A stretch of 63,895 nt of DNA, the filler included, from Chiloscyllium plagiosum (lineage: Eukaryota): NCBI RefSeq assembly GCF_004010195.1. It is 4 parts of one record of this genome, joined end to end, with 100 filler letters (N's around TTAATTAATTAA, not from the genome) between each part and the next. Parts side by side here need not be neighbours in the genome. Positions count along the whole stretch, not along the records: positions 37,412 to 60,171 come from NC_057711.1; 3 more parts are not named here. One strand, given 5' to 3'. The position numbers and the translations under genes were made by a program. Position 1 is the first letter of the stretch; each line of letters starts with the position of its first letter. This document shows, piece after piece, positions 38,509 to 51,460 of this stretch. The notes under the pieces are model-generated. The model searched no databases and was not told the DNA's origin. It was given only the letters and a program-made list of their open reading frames with translations.

Positions 38509-39328
38509 ATGCCAAAAAAGGGAGGAGGAGCACCTGAGGCCAGGTCTGCAGTTCAGCCTGCAGCAGCCTCAGAGTCAATTACTTTCCAGGCCCTGGTGAA
38601 CAAGCTCATGAAGTCTCGTGAGATGCTGGAGAAACAGATTGAAGAGAAGCTGGCTCCAATCTCTGTCATGCAGCACAAGCATGAGCAGCAGCTGGGAGAC
38701 CTGGAGAAGAGGACGGATGAGGTGGAGCACAGGGTCACAGTGGTGGAAGCTGATGCCAGTTCATCCAAGGATAGGATCCAAGCCCTGAAGACGCAGATCC
38801 GTAATTTGCACGACCAAGTGGATGGTCTTGAGAACAGGGGCAGGACAAAAACCATTCGGATCATCGGTCTGTCTGAGGGTAAGGAAGGTGAGTGGCCTAC
38901 AGAATTTGTTGAGAACTGACTGCTGAAATTCCTTGACTTGGAGGCTAGCATGTGAGGCTTAAAGATTGAGAGGGCTCACCGGGTTGCAGCGTGGAGACTG
39001 GGTCTGCATCAACGTCCTCGTCCTCTCCTGGTGTGGTTCTATCATTACCGGGATAAAGAGAGAGAGTCATGGAGGCTTCCAGAATCCAGGAGAAGGATCC
39101 GAAGGCCCTAACTTTTGAGGGCTCTAAGATCATGTTCTTTCAGGACTTCTCAGCAATGGTGATCCAGAAACGAAAATCTTAGAACGGTGTCAAGAGAAGA
39201 CTGAGGGAGCTTGGGATCCAGTACTCACTGAGGTATCCAGCGGTGCTTCAGTACACTTTAGATGGATCCATACAACTCTTTGACAGGTTGGAGAAGGCAA
39301 GAGACTTTGTGTACAAACTAACCTAATT
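38509..39328 (+). pseudogene. L1 ORF1 (coiled coil + RRM), disrupted
   Basis: LENRGRTKTIRIIGLSEG, IERAHR, IMFFQDFS; in-frame stop at 38917-38919. Confidence 0.85.
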
Positions 39329-39918
39329 TGTACAATTTTAGTATGTATAAGTAGTGTGTTTGGGTATGTATTTATCATTCTGTAAACGAAACGGAGGAAG
39401 TCCGGTTGTACCTTTAACTTTTTTTTCCTCTATTGATAATAATTTGGTTTAAACTATGTTTGGCGGCAGTAGAGATGTACATTTTCAATTTCTAAGTTAG
39501 GATATACCAAAGGATGGGTGGGGTATTTATTCCCTTTTTTTAAAAAAAATTTTTTATTCATGTTGGTATTCTATGGGATGTTTATTCTTTTCTGCTTGTG
39601 TTTGTGCTGCGACTCTAACTGGGAAAAGTGAGGGTGGTTGGGATGGTTAGATGCCTACTTATGGGCAGTTTTGGGATGGGTAGTTGCCCCCTCTGGGCAA
39701 GGGGTGAGTTCCCCTACTCAGCAGTGTTGGCGCTTTATACGTTGGTTTGTTTTTTGGTTTTTAGTTGTTTTTAATTTTCAAGAGTTTTATAGGTTTGTTA
39801 AATGTAGTGTTTTTAGTTTATGTAGTTTTTATATTTGGTGGATCATGTGACACTAAGACTCAGCAGTTTGTGGTTCGGGTTCCTCCGCTATGGAATTTAA
39901 ATATTAATGCAGAAAATT

Positions 39919-42900
39919 ATGGCTAATGATTTGATTAAAAGGTGTACCCGGAATATCAAGGGAAGTCACTTACCAATTAAGAGGAAGAAGGTACTTCTGA
40001 GTCTTAGAAAGGAGAAGGTGGATATTGCTTTGTTACAGGAGACACATTTGGATGGCAAGTAGCATCTGAAATTACAGCAGAATGGCTTTGACCGAGTTTA
40101 TTTTTCATTTAATACCAGAAGTAGGGGAGTGTCTATGTTGGTTAGGAAGAATCTCCCATTTAAGTTGTTGGAGAGTGTTAAAGACACACAGGGGAGGTTT
40201 GTAATTCTTAAAGCCTTGATAATTGGGGAAGAATATGATGTTTTAAATGTTTATTGCCCTCCAGCTCATCCCCTTAAAGTTTTGGTGGATGCTTTTTCTA
40301 AACTGATAAGTCTCAGGAACCGACACATCATTATCAGGGGGAGATTTTAACTGTCTCATGGATCCCACAGTAGACAGGTTGTCCAAAGGTTCCTCGATAC
40401 CCTCTGTACAAATTAAACAGTTAGTGGATCTGTGTGAGGAGTTAGAGTTGGTGGACGTCTGGAGGTGTCATCACCCTACAGGTAGGGATCTTACGTTTTT
40501 TCCCCAATCCACACAGATGTCACACTAGGATTGATATTTTTCTGACCCCTGTGGTAACCTTGGATTAGGTGGCATCTTGTACGATTGGTAATATTACCAT
40601 CTCTGATCACGCCCCAGTGTACCTGTTGGTTAAGATTAAGGTCGTTACAGTGGGTTCGAGGTACTGGTGAATGGATCCCTTTATCCTCAAGGATAATAAA
40701 TTTGTGGAGTATTTCTTTAGGGAATTTTGGGTGTTCCGAGACATCAACAGAGGCTCGGTTAATAGCTCATCCGTTCTCTGGGAAATTGCCAAAGCCTATG
40801 CCGGGGGTTAGTTATTTCACATTCCGCCAGTAAAAAGTGGCAGAAGGGTGAACAGTAACATCTCCTTCAAGCACAGTTGAAGGCAGCCAAGAAGGCCTAC
40901 TTTGACAGACCCTCATTGGTCAAACTGCAGAGGATTATGGTGCTGCGGTCTGCATTAAATTCCGTGCTCATGCAGTCGGCAAAGAAGGAACATGCTTTTG
41001 CAAAGCAAAGGTTATATGAGCATGGTTACAAGCCAGGCAAATACCTAGCGTATCTTGCCAGAAAGAGGAGTGCCCCACAAGCCATTACGTGATTAGGGAA
41101 CAGTCTGGGAACCTAACATGTGATTCTAAAAAGATTAATATGGCTTTCCAGAAATTTTACTCTAAGTTATACCAATCCGAGGATTATGAGGACGGGCAGG
41201 CCAAAATGGAATCCTTTTCTAGGGATCTAAAGCTCCCATGTGTGACTCCCGAACAACAGTCCTTTCTCAATGTCCCATTATCAGAGCAAAAAATGCAGGA
41301 AGCTGTGAGGCAGCTTCAGAGTGGAAAGGCTCCCGGGCCTGATGGACATCCCAGTGAATTCTATAAGGAATTTATCATATACTGTCAGGCCCAATGCTGA
41401 ATATGTTTAATGATTCATACAGTCATGATTGTCTCCCACCAGCTCTGAGAGAGGCCAATATTTCACTTATCCTTAAAAAAAAGAGAAGGATCCGGAAGAC
41501 TTTACTTCATAGAGGCCCATCTCGCTCTTAAATTTGGACTTTAAAATCCTATCTAAGGCTCTCGCATTAAGGCTGGGGACTGTGGTATCCTCTATTATTA
41601 AAGAGGATCAGACGGGCTTCATGAAGGGTCGCAGATCCTCCAATAATGTTAGGAGGCTGCTCAATGTAATTCAAGCATGCCAACAGCAGTCAATACAGGG
41701 ATTAGTGATTTCTCTAGATGCAGAGAAGGCATTTGACCGAGTGACCGTACCTTTTCTATACTCTAGAGCGGTTTGGTTTGGGCGAACTCTTCATAAGATG
41801 GGTAAAAGTTCTCTACGGTGACCCTCTCACAGCGGTCATTACCAATGGAGCACGATCAAGCAATTTTAATATTTTTAGGGGCAGCTGGCAGGGCTGTTCC
41901 CTTTCACCATCGCTTTCACCATCGCTTGGTGATTGAACTGTTGACGAAGGCCATAAGTGGGGATCTCAATATACTAGCTCCAGAAGTGGGGTCAAAATTA
42001 CATAAGATTTTGTTGTATGCAGACAATGTCCTAATTTTTTTGACAAATCCAGCAGTTTCAGTGCCTCGCCTGATGCGATGCATTCGCACGTTTGGCACTT
42101 TTTCGGGTACAAGATTAATTTTGTGAAGTTAGAAGCTATGCCTATGGGTGGTCTTACAAAGGACCTAACTCTTGAGGGTGACTATAGATTCCCATTTAGG
42201 TGGTCACAGGAGGGTTTTGTGAATTTGGGCGTATTCATTACTCCAGTTCTGGACTGGCTATTCAAAGCCAATTTTATCCAATTATTTGGAAAAATTAAAA
42301 AAGATGTTCAAACCAAACCAGTCTCGGGTTTGGTTGAATAGCGCTTATTAAGATGAATATTCTCCATCGTTTGCTATACCCTATACGATGCTCCCCCTGA
42401 TTTTCAATAAGCAAACACTCAGGAGGCTGAACAGCTGGTTCAGCTCCTTTATTTGGCATTGTAAGCGGCCCCTCATTAAACTAGCCAAACTGCAGTTGCC
42501 TCACAGATTGGGGAAGTGGACCTTCCGGACATTAAAAATGACCAATTAAACTCACTTTTGACCTACATGAGTGATTGGGTTTGTGGGGACCCTCTTTCAA
42601 TATGGCTAGATATCGAAGCCTCCCAGGCAAGGTGCCCCCTTACAAGTTTGCTTTTTTTTGGACAAGGTGAGGACAGTTAGGGACCATTGCCATAACCCAA
42701 TAGTCATCAATACTGGTAAAGCATGGAGGGCAATTCAGCAGAGGGAAGGCAATGTTGGCAAAAGACTTTGTTTATATCTTTAGTGGGTATGCTGGGTTTT
42801 CAACTGGGGATGATAGATTCAGGATTTAAACATTGGGCAGCTAGGGGTGTGCCTTGCCTGGGCGATTTATTTGAGCGAGACGTAATGATGTCCTTCGATC

Positions 42901-43770
42901 AGTTAGAATGTAAGTAGGAGTTATCTAATAGAGATCTCTTTCGTTTTTTTCAAGTTAGGGATTTTATTCAAAAAAAGACCACACTTTTGACTGATCCCTG
43001 CAAATCCGACATAGAGAAAGGAGTGCTAAGTGCTAAGAGTACACTTTCTGTCAGTACTTTATATCATCAATTGTGGGGTGCCACCTCAGATGAGTTTGAT
43101 TGACTCTGCAGGGTCTGGGAGAGAGAGCTGGGTGTTGAAGTCTTCTCAGAGACATGGGAGGATATTTGGGAGAATGCAAGAAAGATATCAATTTGCAATA
43201 GGACCCATGCTTTACAGTTGAATATTCTCCACCGGGTCTGCTTGGCTCTGGACCATGTGTCAAAATTTAAACCAGGGCTTGGCTCTGGACCATGTGTCAA
43301 AATTTAAACCAGGGGTATCTTCAGTATGTCCGAAGTGCAAGGTCTGCACGGGTACTCTTACCCATTGTCTTTGGTCTTGTGAAAGGCTTCAAACATATTG
43401 GAGTGCTGTAGCGAGCCTAACAGAGAAGATTTTAGGTGTAAGGGTGGGGAAGGACCCTATCTCTCTCCTTTTGGGTCTACCCACTGTATTTCCTGCAGAC
43501 ACGCATACGAAAAAAGCTTATCAATATTCTCACGTTCTGTGCAAGAAAGAATATCTTGCTAGGTTGGATACCCGAAAACCCGCCGGGGCCTGTCAGGTTT
43601 GTGGAGGATTGTTATGGAGCATATTCCCCTGGATTTTCTCACAAATATGGTACACCACAAAACTGAGAATTTTTATAAAACACGGCAGCCCTTTTTGGAA
43701 TATCTTGACACAGGTTTATCTGCCACACGAACAAGGACTTTTATATAGTCATAACGATTGTGTTTTATAA
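39919..43770 (+). pseudogene. L1 ORF2 (APE endonuclease, RT, Cys-rich domain), disrupted
   Basis: Motifs are spread over several frames with stops and frameshifts. Confidence 0.9.
43241..43314 (+). repeat. 37-bp direct tandem duplication within L1 ORF2
   Basis: cttggctctggaccatgtgtcaaaatttaaaccaggg twice; single in the other L1 copy near 59160-59200. Confidence 0.9.
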
Positions 43771-45476
43771 GTCCAATATCCAGGGAGGAGGAATTGTGAA
43801 CGTATGAGCATTTTGTTTGGCTGGGCTGAGTTATGACTATTTTTTAGTTTGTTGTTGGTGGCTATTTATTTATTTAGTTAAATAGCCAGTTTGGGTTTTT
43901 AAAAAATTCTATATTTTTCTGTATATGTTGATACATTTGTACATGAGGGTGGGTTGGATTTTTTTTAATTTGGGTTTTTTTGTACGGTTTTGATTTGTAT
44001 TGTTTTGTACTGTTGTAATATTTAAAAATCCAATTTTTCAATAAAAATATATATTTTTAAAATTACTACATTCAATTCTTTCAAACACAACATAAGTCTG
44101 ACCTGGTTCCTTCTTTATGTTTCTGAACCGCTGTTTATACGCTTCTGGTACCAATTCATAAACACTTAAATAACCTGTTTGACATCTGCATAATCTCTTC
44201 ACCCCTCATCTGGCAGCACTGCAAACACCTCACTAGGTCTGCCCACCAGCTTAGTCTGAACGAGCATTACCCACAAGTTCTCTGACCACTCCATCTGTCA
44301 AGCCAATTTTTCAAACAAAATAAAGAAGGCATCGACATCTTTTCTCATCAAAATGTGGCAATGTTTAACATATTTGTATATATCACTACCTTCTCTCTTC
44401 ATCTCCATCCTGTTAACTTGACGTTCATGACTTTCGCAACTTCTCAAATTCAAATTCTCTCTCTCTTTCTTTTTGCTCAAGTAAGAACCTTCTCTCCTTT
44501 TCTTTTTCCTCTCTCTCTCTTTCACTCTAACATGGCCCTTCTTTCCCTTTTCTTTATCTTCTAACTCCATTTGTCTCAATCGCAATTGAAGTTTTTCTAA
44601 CTCTACTGCATTTGTCTGTTTCTCTGATACACCTAAGTGCTTGACCAACTCCATTACAATTTCAACATTTTTTTTGTCCCTGGTTAAACCCAATTCTAAC
44701 CTATTTGCCAATTCTAAAAGTATGTCCTTCCTCTATCTTTCTAAACTTTCTTGGCAAATTTGGGAAGCATCTTCAAACCCCAAAATCTCTTTAGCAATCT
44801 TAAGAGTCATTTCCCTCACTTTTAACCAACCACAAGTAACCAAAATTAAACACATTTTCCCAACTACATTTTATTTAAAGATCTGGGACACTAATCAGCA
44901 AGTGTTTAAATCTGCTGGGACATTTCATACCCCAAAACTATTCAAATCTCTCCAAGTGTCAGACTGGATCTGTCCAAATCTCGGACCCAAGCCCACAAAC
45001 TGTCACAATAGGGCAGTGAACCCTTCTGTTAATTCAACCAAACCTCCAGAAAAGCCTTGTAATCCATTAAAATATGAGTGACAGAGAACTCCCAAACTCC
45101 ACTATTTAAAGAAAATAACATTAATTTATTTTAACTCTAAAAGTGAACATTAAACAACTATTGACGATTCTAAGCCTCCCTTTCTCTTTACTACTTATTA
45201 TCTGCCTCCAACGCTATAACAAATGCTGTTCCAATAAGACACTTATTAAAATTACATCAACTTAATTTCAAAACCACACAGCTACTGTCGTGTTCTGTAT
45301 CTTCCTTCTTCCAACAGAAGATCTCCCTGGGCCAACTCCTTTTTACAGCAAGTATATTTCATATGAAAAAGTACCTTTGATTGAGTGTGTTTCCTAATTT
45401 CATGGAGAGCAAAATGTTAGATCTCTAGGCATTTCTGTCTCGATGGCAGTTGCTCTTTGATCAATTTTGAAAAGGT

Positions 45477-46424
45477 CCTCATTTTCTATCTCAGGCAACC
45501 GAATCAACACGGACATCTACTACAAACCGACCGACTCCCACAGCTACCTGGACTATACCTCCTCCCACCCTGCCCCCTGTAAAAACGCCATCCCATTCTC
45601 CCAATTCCTTCGACTCCGCCGCATCTGCTCCCAGGAGGACCAGTACCAAAACCGCACAACCCAGATGGCCTCTTTCTTCAAAGACTGCAATTTGCCCCCA
45701 GACGTGGTCGACGATGCTTTCCACCGCATCTCCTCCACTCCTGAGCCCCGCCCCTCCAATCGCCATCAGGACAGAACCCCACTGGTCCTCACCTACCACC
45801 CCACCAACCTCCATGTACAGCGCATCATCCGCCGTCATTTCCGCCACCTNNNNNNNNNNNNNNNNNNNNNNNNNNNNNNNNNNNNNNNNNNNNNNNNNNN
45901 NNNNNNNNNNNNNNNNNNNNNNNNNNNNNNNNNNNNNNNNNNNNNNNNNNNNNNNNNNNNNNNNNNNNNNNNNNNNNNNNNNNNNNNNNNNNNNNNNNNN
46001 NNNNNNNNNNNNNNNNNNNNNNNNNNNNNNNNNNNNNNNNNNNNNNNNNNNNNNNNNNNNNNNNNNNNNNNNNNNNNNNNNNNNNNNNNNNNNNNNNNNN
46101 NNNNNNNNNNNNNNNNNNNNNNNNNNNNNNNNNNNNNNNNNNNNNNNNNNNNNNNNNNNNTCAGCACTGCCTTCCTAACCTGCAATCTTCTTCCTGACCT
46201 CTCTGCCCCCACCCCAGTCTGACCTATCACCCTCACCTTGACCTCTTTCCACCTATCACATTTCCGACGCCCCTCCCCCAAGTCCCTCCTCCCTACCTTT
46301 TATCTTAGCCTGCTGGACAAACTTTCCTCATTCCTGAAGAAGGGCTTATGCCCGAAACGTCGATTCTCCTGTTCCCTGGATGCTGCCTGACCTGCTGCGC
46401 TTTTCCAGCAACACATTTCCAGCT
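45477..46424 (+). mobile_element. Penelope-like element (RT thumb to terminal repeat) spanning a 311-N gap (45850-46160)
   Basis: TDIYYKPTDSHSYLDYTSSHP...QFLRLRRICS; hammerhead at about 46334-46361. Confidence 0.9.
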
Positions 46425-46685
46425 CATTTTGTACCCCCCAACATTGGATTGTCTCATCGGCTCAATGTTGGCAAAACAATAAATTCGAACTAAATTGAGT
46501 TTTAGTATCCTGGGCCATAATTTAAACTGATTGGTTAAATTTGAATTGTTGTCAAAACAGCAACCAAAACTCAGGTATCCATTTCACAGCCAAATGTTAC
46601 ATATTTTCAATTTTCCAATACACTCTGGGACTGCTATCTGGTCATGTCACAGGTGCTTGTTGGCTGTCAGTGCAGAACAACATTC

Positions 46686-46978
46686 AGATTAGATTAGATT
46701 ACAGTGTGGAAACAAGCCCTTCGGCCCAACAAGTCCACACCAACCCGCCGAAGCGAAACCCACCCATACCCCTACATTTACCCCTTACCTAACACTACAG
46801 GCAATTTAGTATGGCCAATTCACCTGGCCCTGCACATCTTTGGATGGTGGGAGGAAACCGGAGCACCCGGAGGAAACCCACGCAGACACGGGGAGAATGT
46901 GCAAACTCCACACAGTCAGTCGCCTGAGGCGGGAATTGAACCCGGGTCTCTGGCGCTGTGAATTGAACCCGGGTCTCT
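46686..46978 (-). mobile_element. HE1-type SINE with a duplicated B-box segment at its 5' end
   Basis: gaattgaacccgggtctct occurs twice (about 46934 and 46960). Confidence 0.88.
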
Positions 46979-47179
46979 CTTAAAGGTACACTACACGTCT
47001 TCAACTTCATTACACTCTGAATGATGATCCCACACCCCCAGGTACTGCCAGAAAGTTCACACCCAGCTCCTATTCATATCCTACCGTAGAGGCTTGTTCT
47101 GTGCTGAAAACACATTGTATTACCCCAGGACCTTGGGTTACAAAAAAACTTGTATTTAACTAGTAGCTTTTACACAGAT

Positions 47180-50065
47180 GTTACCGGGACCGGAGGGTTT
47201 GAATTATAATGAGGGGCTAGATAGGCTGGGACCTTTTTCCCTGGAGGGAAGGAGGCTGAAGGGTGACTTTATGTAAGTTTATCAAATCATGAGGTGCATT
47301 GATAGGATAAATAGACAAAGTCCTTTACTGAGGGAAGGAGAATCCAAAACTAGAGGACATAGGTTTAGGGTGAAAGGAGAAATATTTAAAAGGCTCTTGA
47401 GAGGCAACATTTTCACACAGGAGGTGGTGCATGTATGGATTGAGCTGCCAGAGAAAGTAATAGAGGTGGATACAATTGCAACATTTAACAAACAGGTACA
47501 TAGATAGGAAAGGTTTAGAGGGATATGAGCTAAATACAGGCAAGTGGGGGTAGTTCAGTTTAGGAAACCTGTTGGCATAGATGAGTTGGGCTGAAGGACC
47601 TGTTTCTGTGCTGTATGACTCTATAACTCTCTGACTGTATTTGGATGAAGGAATTAAGGGCTTATTGCTAAATTTTGAAATGGCACAAAGATTCATGGAA
47701 GGGCAGGTAGGAGGTGGGAGGCTGCACAAAGACTTGGACAGGTTGAGCGAGTGGATAAACAAGTGGCAGATGGAATACAATGTGGAAAAGTGTGAGTTAT
47801 GCACTTTGGTAGGAAGATTAGTTACATGGACTATTTTCTAAAAGGGGAAAGATTCAGCACTTTGAAGCACAAAGGGACATAGGGGTCCTAGTTCAGGATT
47901 CTCTTAAAGTTAACATGCAGGTTCACTTGGCAGTTCAGAAGGTAAATACAATGTTCACATTCATTTTGAGATGGCCAGAATACAAGAGCAGGGATCGACT
48001 ACTGAGACTGTATGAGTCTCTGGTCAGACCACATTTGGAATATTGTGAGCAATTTTGGGCCCCATATCTAAGGAAAAGATGTGCTGGCCTTGGAGGGGTC
48101 CAGAAATGGTTTACAAGAATGATCTGAGGGATGAACAGTACATGGTGGCTTAATGGTTACCATTGCTATCTCATAGCGCGGGGACCCAGGTTCATTTCCG
48201 CCCCCAGGCAACTGTCTGTGTGGAGTTTGCATGTTTTCCTGTGTCTGTGTGGATTTCCTCCGGGTGCTCCAGTTTCCTTCCACACTCCAAAGATGTGCAG
48301 GTCAGGTGGATGGCCATGCTAAATTGTCCCATAGTGTTCAGGGATGTGCAGTCTAGTTGTATTAGCTGTGGAAAATAAAAGGTTATAGGGATATAGTGAG
48401 GAGGGTCGATCTGGGTGGGTGCTCTTTGGAGGGTCGGTATAGACCCAATGGGCTGAATGGCTTGCTTCCGCATTGTAGGGATTCTATGATTCCAGGAAGG
48501 GCATGTCATATGAGGAGCCGTTAAGAACTCTGGATCTGTACTCGATGGAGATTAGAAGGATGGGGGTGAATCTGAAAGAAACTTACAGAAAACTGAGAGA
48601 CCTGGTGGGAGTGGACATGGACACGATGTTTTCACTGGTAAGAGAGACTAGGATCCAAGGGCATAGCCTCAGAGTGAAGAGGTGACCCTTTAGAACTGAA
48701 ATGCAGAAGAATTTCTTCACAGGGTGGTGAATAAGGCCATAAGACATAGGAGCAGAAATTAGGCCATTCAGCCCATTGAGTCTGCTCTGCCATTCAATCA
48801 TGGCTGATAAGTATCTCAACTGCTGAAAATGTGTTGCTGGAAAAGCGCAGCAGGTCAGGCAGCATCCAAGGAGCAGGAGAATCGACGTTTCGGGCATGAG
48901 CCCTTCAAACTGGAGAAATCTGAGTCCATCCCTTGTGGTTGGAAGGTTCCTAGGCGGAAGATGAGGCGCTCTTCCTCCAACTGTCGTGTTGCTATGGTCT
49001 GGCAATGGAGGAGTCCAAGGACCTGCATTTCCTGGGTGGAGTGGGAGGGGGAGTTGAAGTGTTGAGCCACAGGGTGGTTGGGTTGGTTGGTCCGGGTGTC
49101 CCAGAGGTATTCTCTGAAACGTTCCACAAACCTCCTTCCACCTATCCCCAAGTCCCTCCTCCCTACCTTTTATCTTAGCCTGCTGGACACACTTTCCTCA
49201 TTCCTGAAGAAGGGCTCATGCCCGAAACGTCGATTCTCCTGCTCCTTGGATGCTGCCTGACCTGCTGCGCTTTTACAGCAACACATTTTCAGCTCTGATC
49301 TCCAGCATCTGCAGTCCTCACTTTCTCCTCCCTGATAAGTTTCTCAATCTCATTCTCCCCCTTTCCCCCAGTAACCCTTGATCCCCTTGATACTCAGGAA
49401 CCTATCGATCTCAGTCTTAAATATACTCAATGACCCGGCCTCCACAGCCTTCTGTGGCAGTGAATTCTATAGATTCTCTACTCTCTGGCTGAAGATGTTT
49501 CTCCTCATCTCCATTCTAAAAGGTCTTCCCCTTACTCTCAGGCTGTGCCTTTGGGTCCTCGTTACCACATTATAAGAAGGATGTGGAAGCTTTGGAATGG
49601 GTTCAGATGAGATTTACTAGAATATTGCCTTGGAATGGAGGGAAAGTCTTACAAGGAAAGGTTGAAGGACCTGAGACTGTTTTCATTAGACAGAAAAAGG
49701 TTGAGAGGTGACTTAATTGAGACATGTAAGAGAGTTAGATAGGGTGGACAGTGAGATCCTTTTTCCTCTGATGGTGATGGGTAGCACGAGGTGTCATAGC
49801 TTTAAATTGAGGGGTGATAGATATAGGACTGATTTCAGAGGTAGTTTCTTTACTCGGTGAGTAGTAAGGGCATGGAATGCCCTGCCTGCGACAGTAGTAC
49901 ACGCACCAATTTTATGGGCGTTTAAATGGTCATTGGATAAACATATGGATGAAAATGGAATAGTTTAGGTTAGATGGGGTTCAGATTGGTTTCACAGGGT
50001 GGCGCAACATCGAGGGCTGAAGGGCCTGTAATGCGCTGTGATGTTCTATGTTGTATGTTCTACGT
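47180..50065. mobile_element. Stack of CR1 fragments in both orientations with a nested HE1 (48137-48492)
   Basis: Several CR1 RT C-terminal ORFs (47289-47507, 47915-48127, 48503-48685). Confidence 0.85.
48820..49331. mobile_element. PLE-derived element with inverted terminal repeats and a GIY-YIG remnant
   Basis: 16-bp TSD ctgataagt(a/t)tctcaa at 48804-48819 and 49332-49347; hammerhead at 49204-49231. Confidence 0.85.
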
Positions 50066-50259
50066 TCTAATCTACCCATGTGTGAGGGACCTTTATAAGA
50101 ATTAGTTTTCAGTCCCCACTCATTCACTGGTTCAGTTTGACTCCATTCAGTAGATGATGTTAATTTTTTCTCCTTCAGGTAATGCGTGATTACATAATGA
50201 GCTGGGTAGAGAGTCATCATCATCATTGGCGGTCTAACTGGGGCTCGCCTGCCATTTCA

Positions 50260-50397
50260 AGGCTGAGTGTAGAATACCTGGTGGAGGATGTAGGTGTTTG
50301 TGTGTCTTTCTTCCCAGTGGATTCACAGGGTCTTGGGCAGGCAGTGTTGATGGGATTGCTCCAGTGCTTTCAGATGCCTTCCACATGTCAAAGCTCA
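50260..50397 (-). mobile_element. RTE-clade LINE fragment
   Basis: Minus strand reads RHLKALEQSHQHCLPKTL*IHWEERHTNTYILHQ, resembling the RTE motif LEQFHQRCLRKILxIxWxDRxTN. Confidence 0.6.
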
Positions 50398-50804
50398 GGG
50401 TGAGGAGTGACTTCTAACTAAGATTATATTTGAGTCAATGAAATCATTCATGTCGCTGTCAGTGACTTTGGACAGGGAGAAATGCTCGCAGGTGATTTTC
50501 GTATCATCAGGGAGTAATAGTGACTGTTCCTGTTATACTGAATGAGCACAATCTCATACAGAGATTTCTCAATCTTTGTAACCTTGAGGAGATTACTTGG
50601 TCATTTGCTGATCTGTCGCCTGATCACATATGCATTTGTCTGCCAAGTACTGATAGAAAATCAAGAATATTGCACCATAAACTGTGTATTTTATTTGTGC
50701 ATTCACCCAACCAGCCAGGTCAACTGATTTAAATAATGTTCTTTAAGCTCCTAGCTTGCTGTTGTAAGAGTGACAATCCAGCCCCTCGAGCCTGGCTGCT
50801 CACT

Positions 50805-50935
50805 ATGATCATTGATAAATTCTGTGTCTTTTGGTCCTGTTCCACAGCCACCTGATGAAGGAGCACCGCTCCAAAAGCTAGAGCTTCTAAATAAACCTGT
50901 TGGACTATAACGTGCTGTTGTGTGCTTTTTAACCT
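50805..50935 (+). mobile_element. PLE terminal repeat of another family; hammerhead at 50852-50880
   Basis: CTGATGA-A-GGAGC-ACC-GCTCC-AAAAGCTAG (G>A in GAAA), then aataaacctgttggactataac. Confidence 0.65.
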
Positions 50936-51460
50936 TATGGATAATTTGATCTTGGCTCAACTCCACAGACCAGCAGGGCTTTAATAATGCTTCACTTCCC
51001 TACAGTTCAAAAATCTACTGACCTTAAATCTTGATTAAATTGAATGACCTAGCCTTCACTGCTCCCTGGGGTCTCGATTTCCTTAGATTTATGAACCACT
51101 GAAAGAAGAATTTCCTCCTCACCTCTGCCTTAAATTGCCAACATGTTATTTTAAAATGGTGTTCACTATTTCTAGTTTGACTCCATTCATGGGGAAACAT
51201 CTTCTCAGCATCCATTCTGTTAAACTCCTCATAATTTTGCCTGTTTGACTAAGATCACCTCTCATTTGTCTAACCTTCAATGAAGGTAGACCCAATCTGC
51301 AAAATCATTCCTCATAAAGTGACATTCCCAGGAATTAAACCAGTGCACTTCATATAAACATAGGAAATGGGAGCAGGAGTAGACCATTCAGCTCATCGAA
51401 CCTGCTTTACCAATCAATATGATTAAGCCATTGCTCATCTTCAGCTTCATCTCCACTTAC

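Larger units (their letters stand above)
38343..44058 (+). mobile_element. Full-length L1-clade LINE (about 5.7 kb), inactivated
   Basis: Perfect 15-bp TSD AAAATTACTACATTC at 38328-38342 and 44059-44073; 5' GAGGGGATCCAAGATGGCG; ORF1 from 38509; ORF2 from 39919 (LQETHL, KAPGPDG, SLDAEKAFDRV, LYADN, CPKC..GTLTHCLWSC); AATAAA near 44040. Confidence 0.95.
37690..47014 (-). mobile_element. Second Gmr1-like Gypsy relic (LTR, PBS, gag/SCAN), split by L1, PLE and SINE insertions
   Basis: gag ORFs 44298-44711 (DVDAFFILFEKLA) and 38091-38318 (YEAVREIILLEMFKNSLP); PBS-Pro-like tgggcttgggtccgagattt at 44976-44995; LTR boundary at 45001, outer end near 47014 uncertain. Confidence 0.75.
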
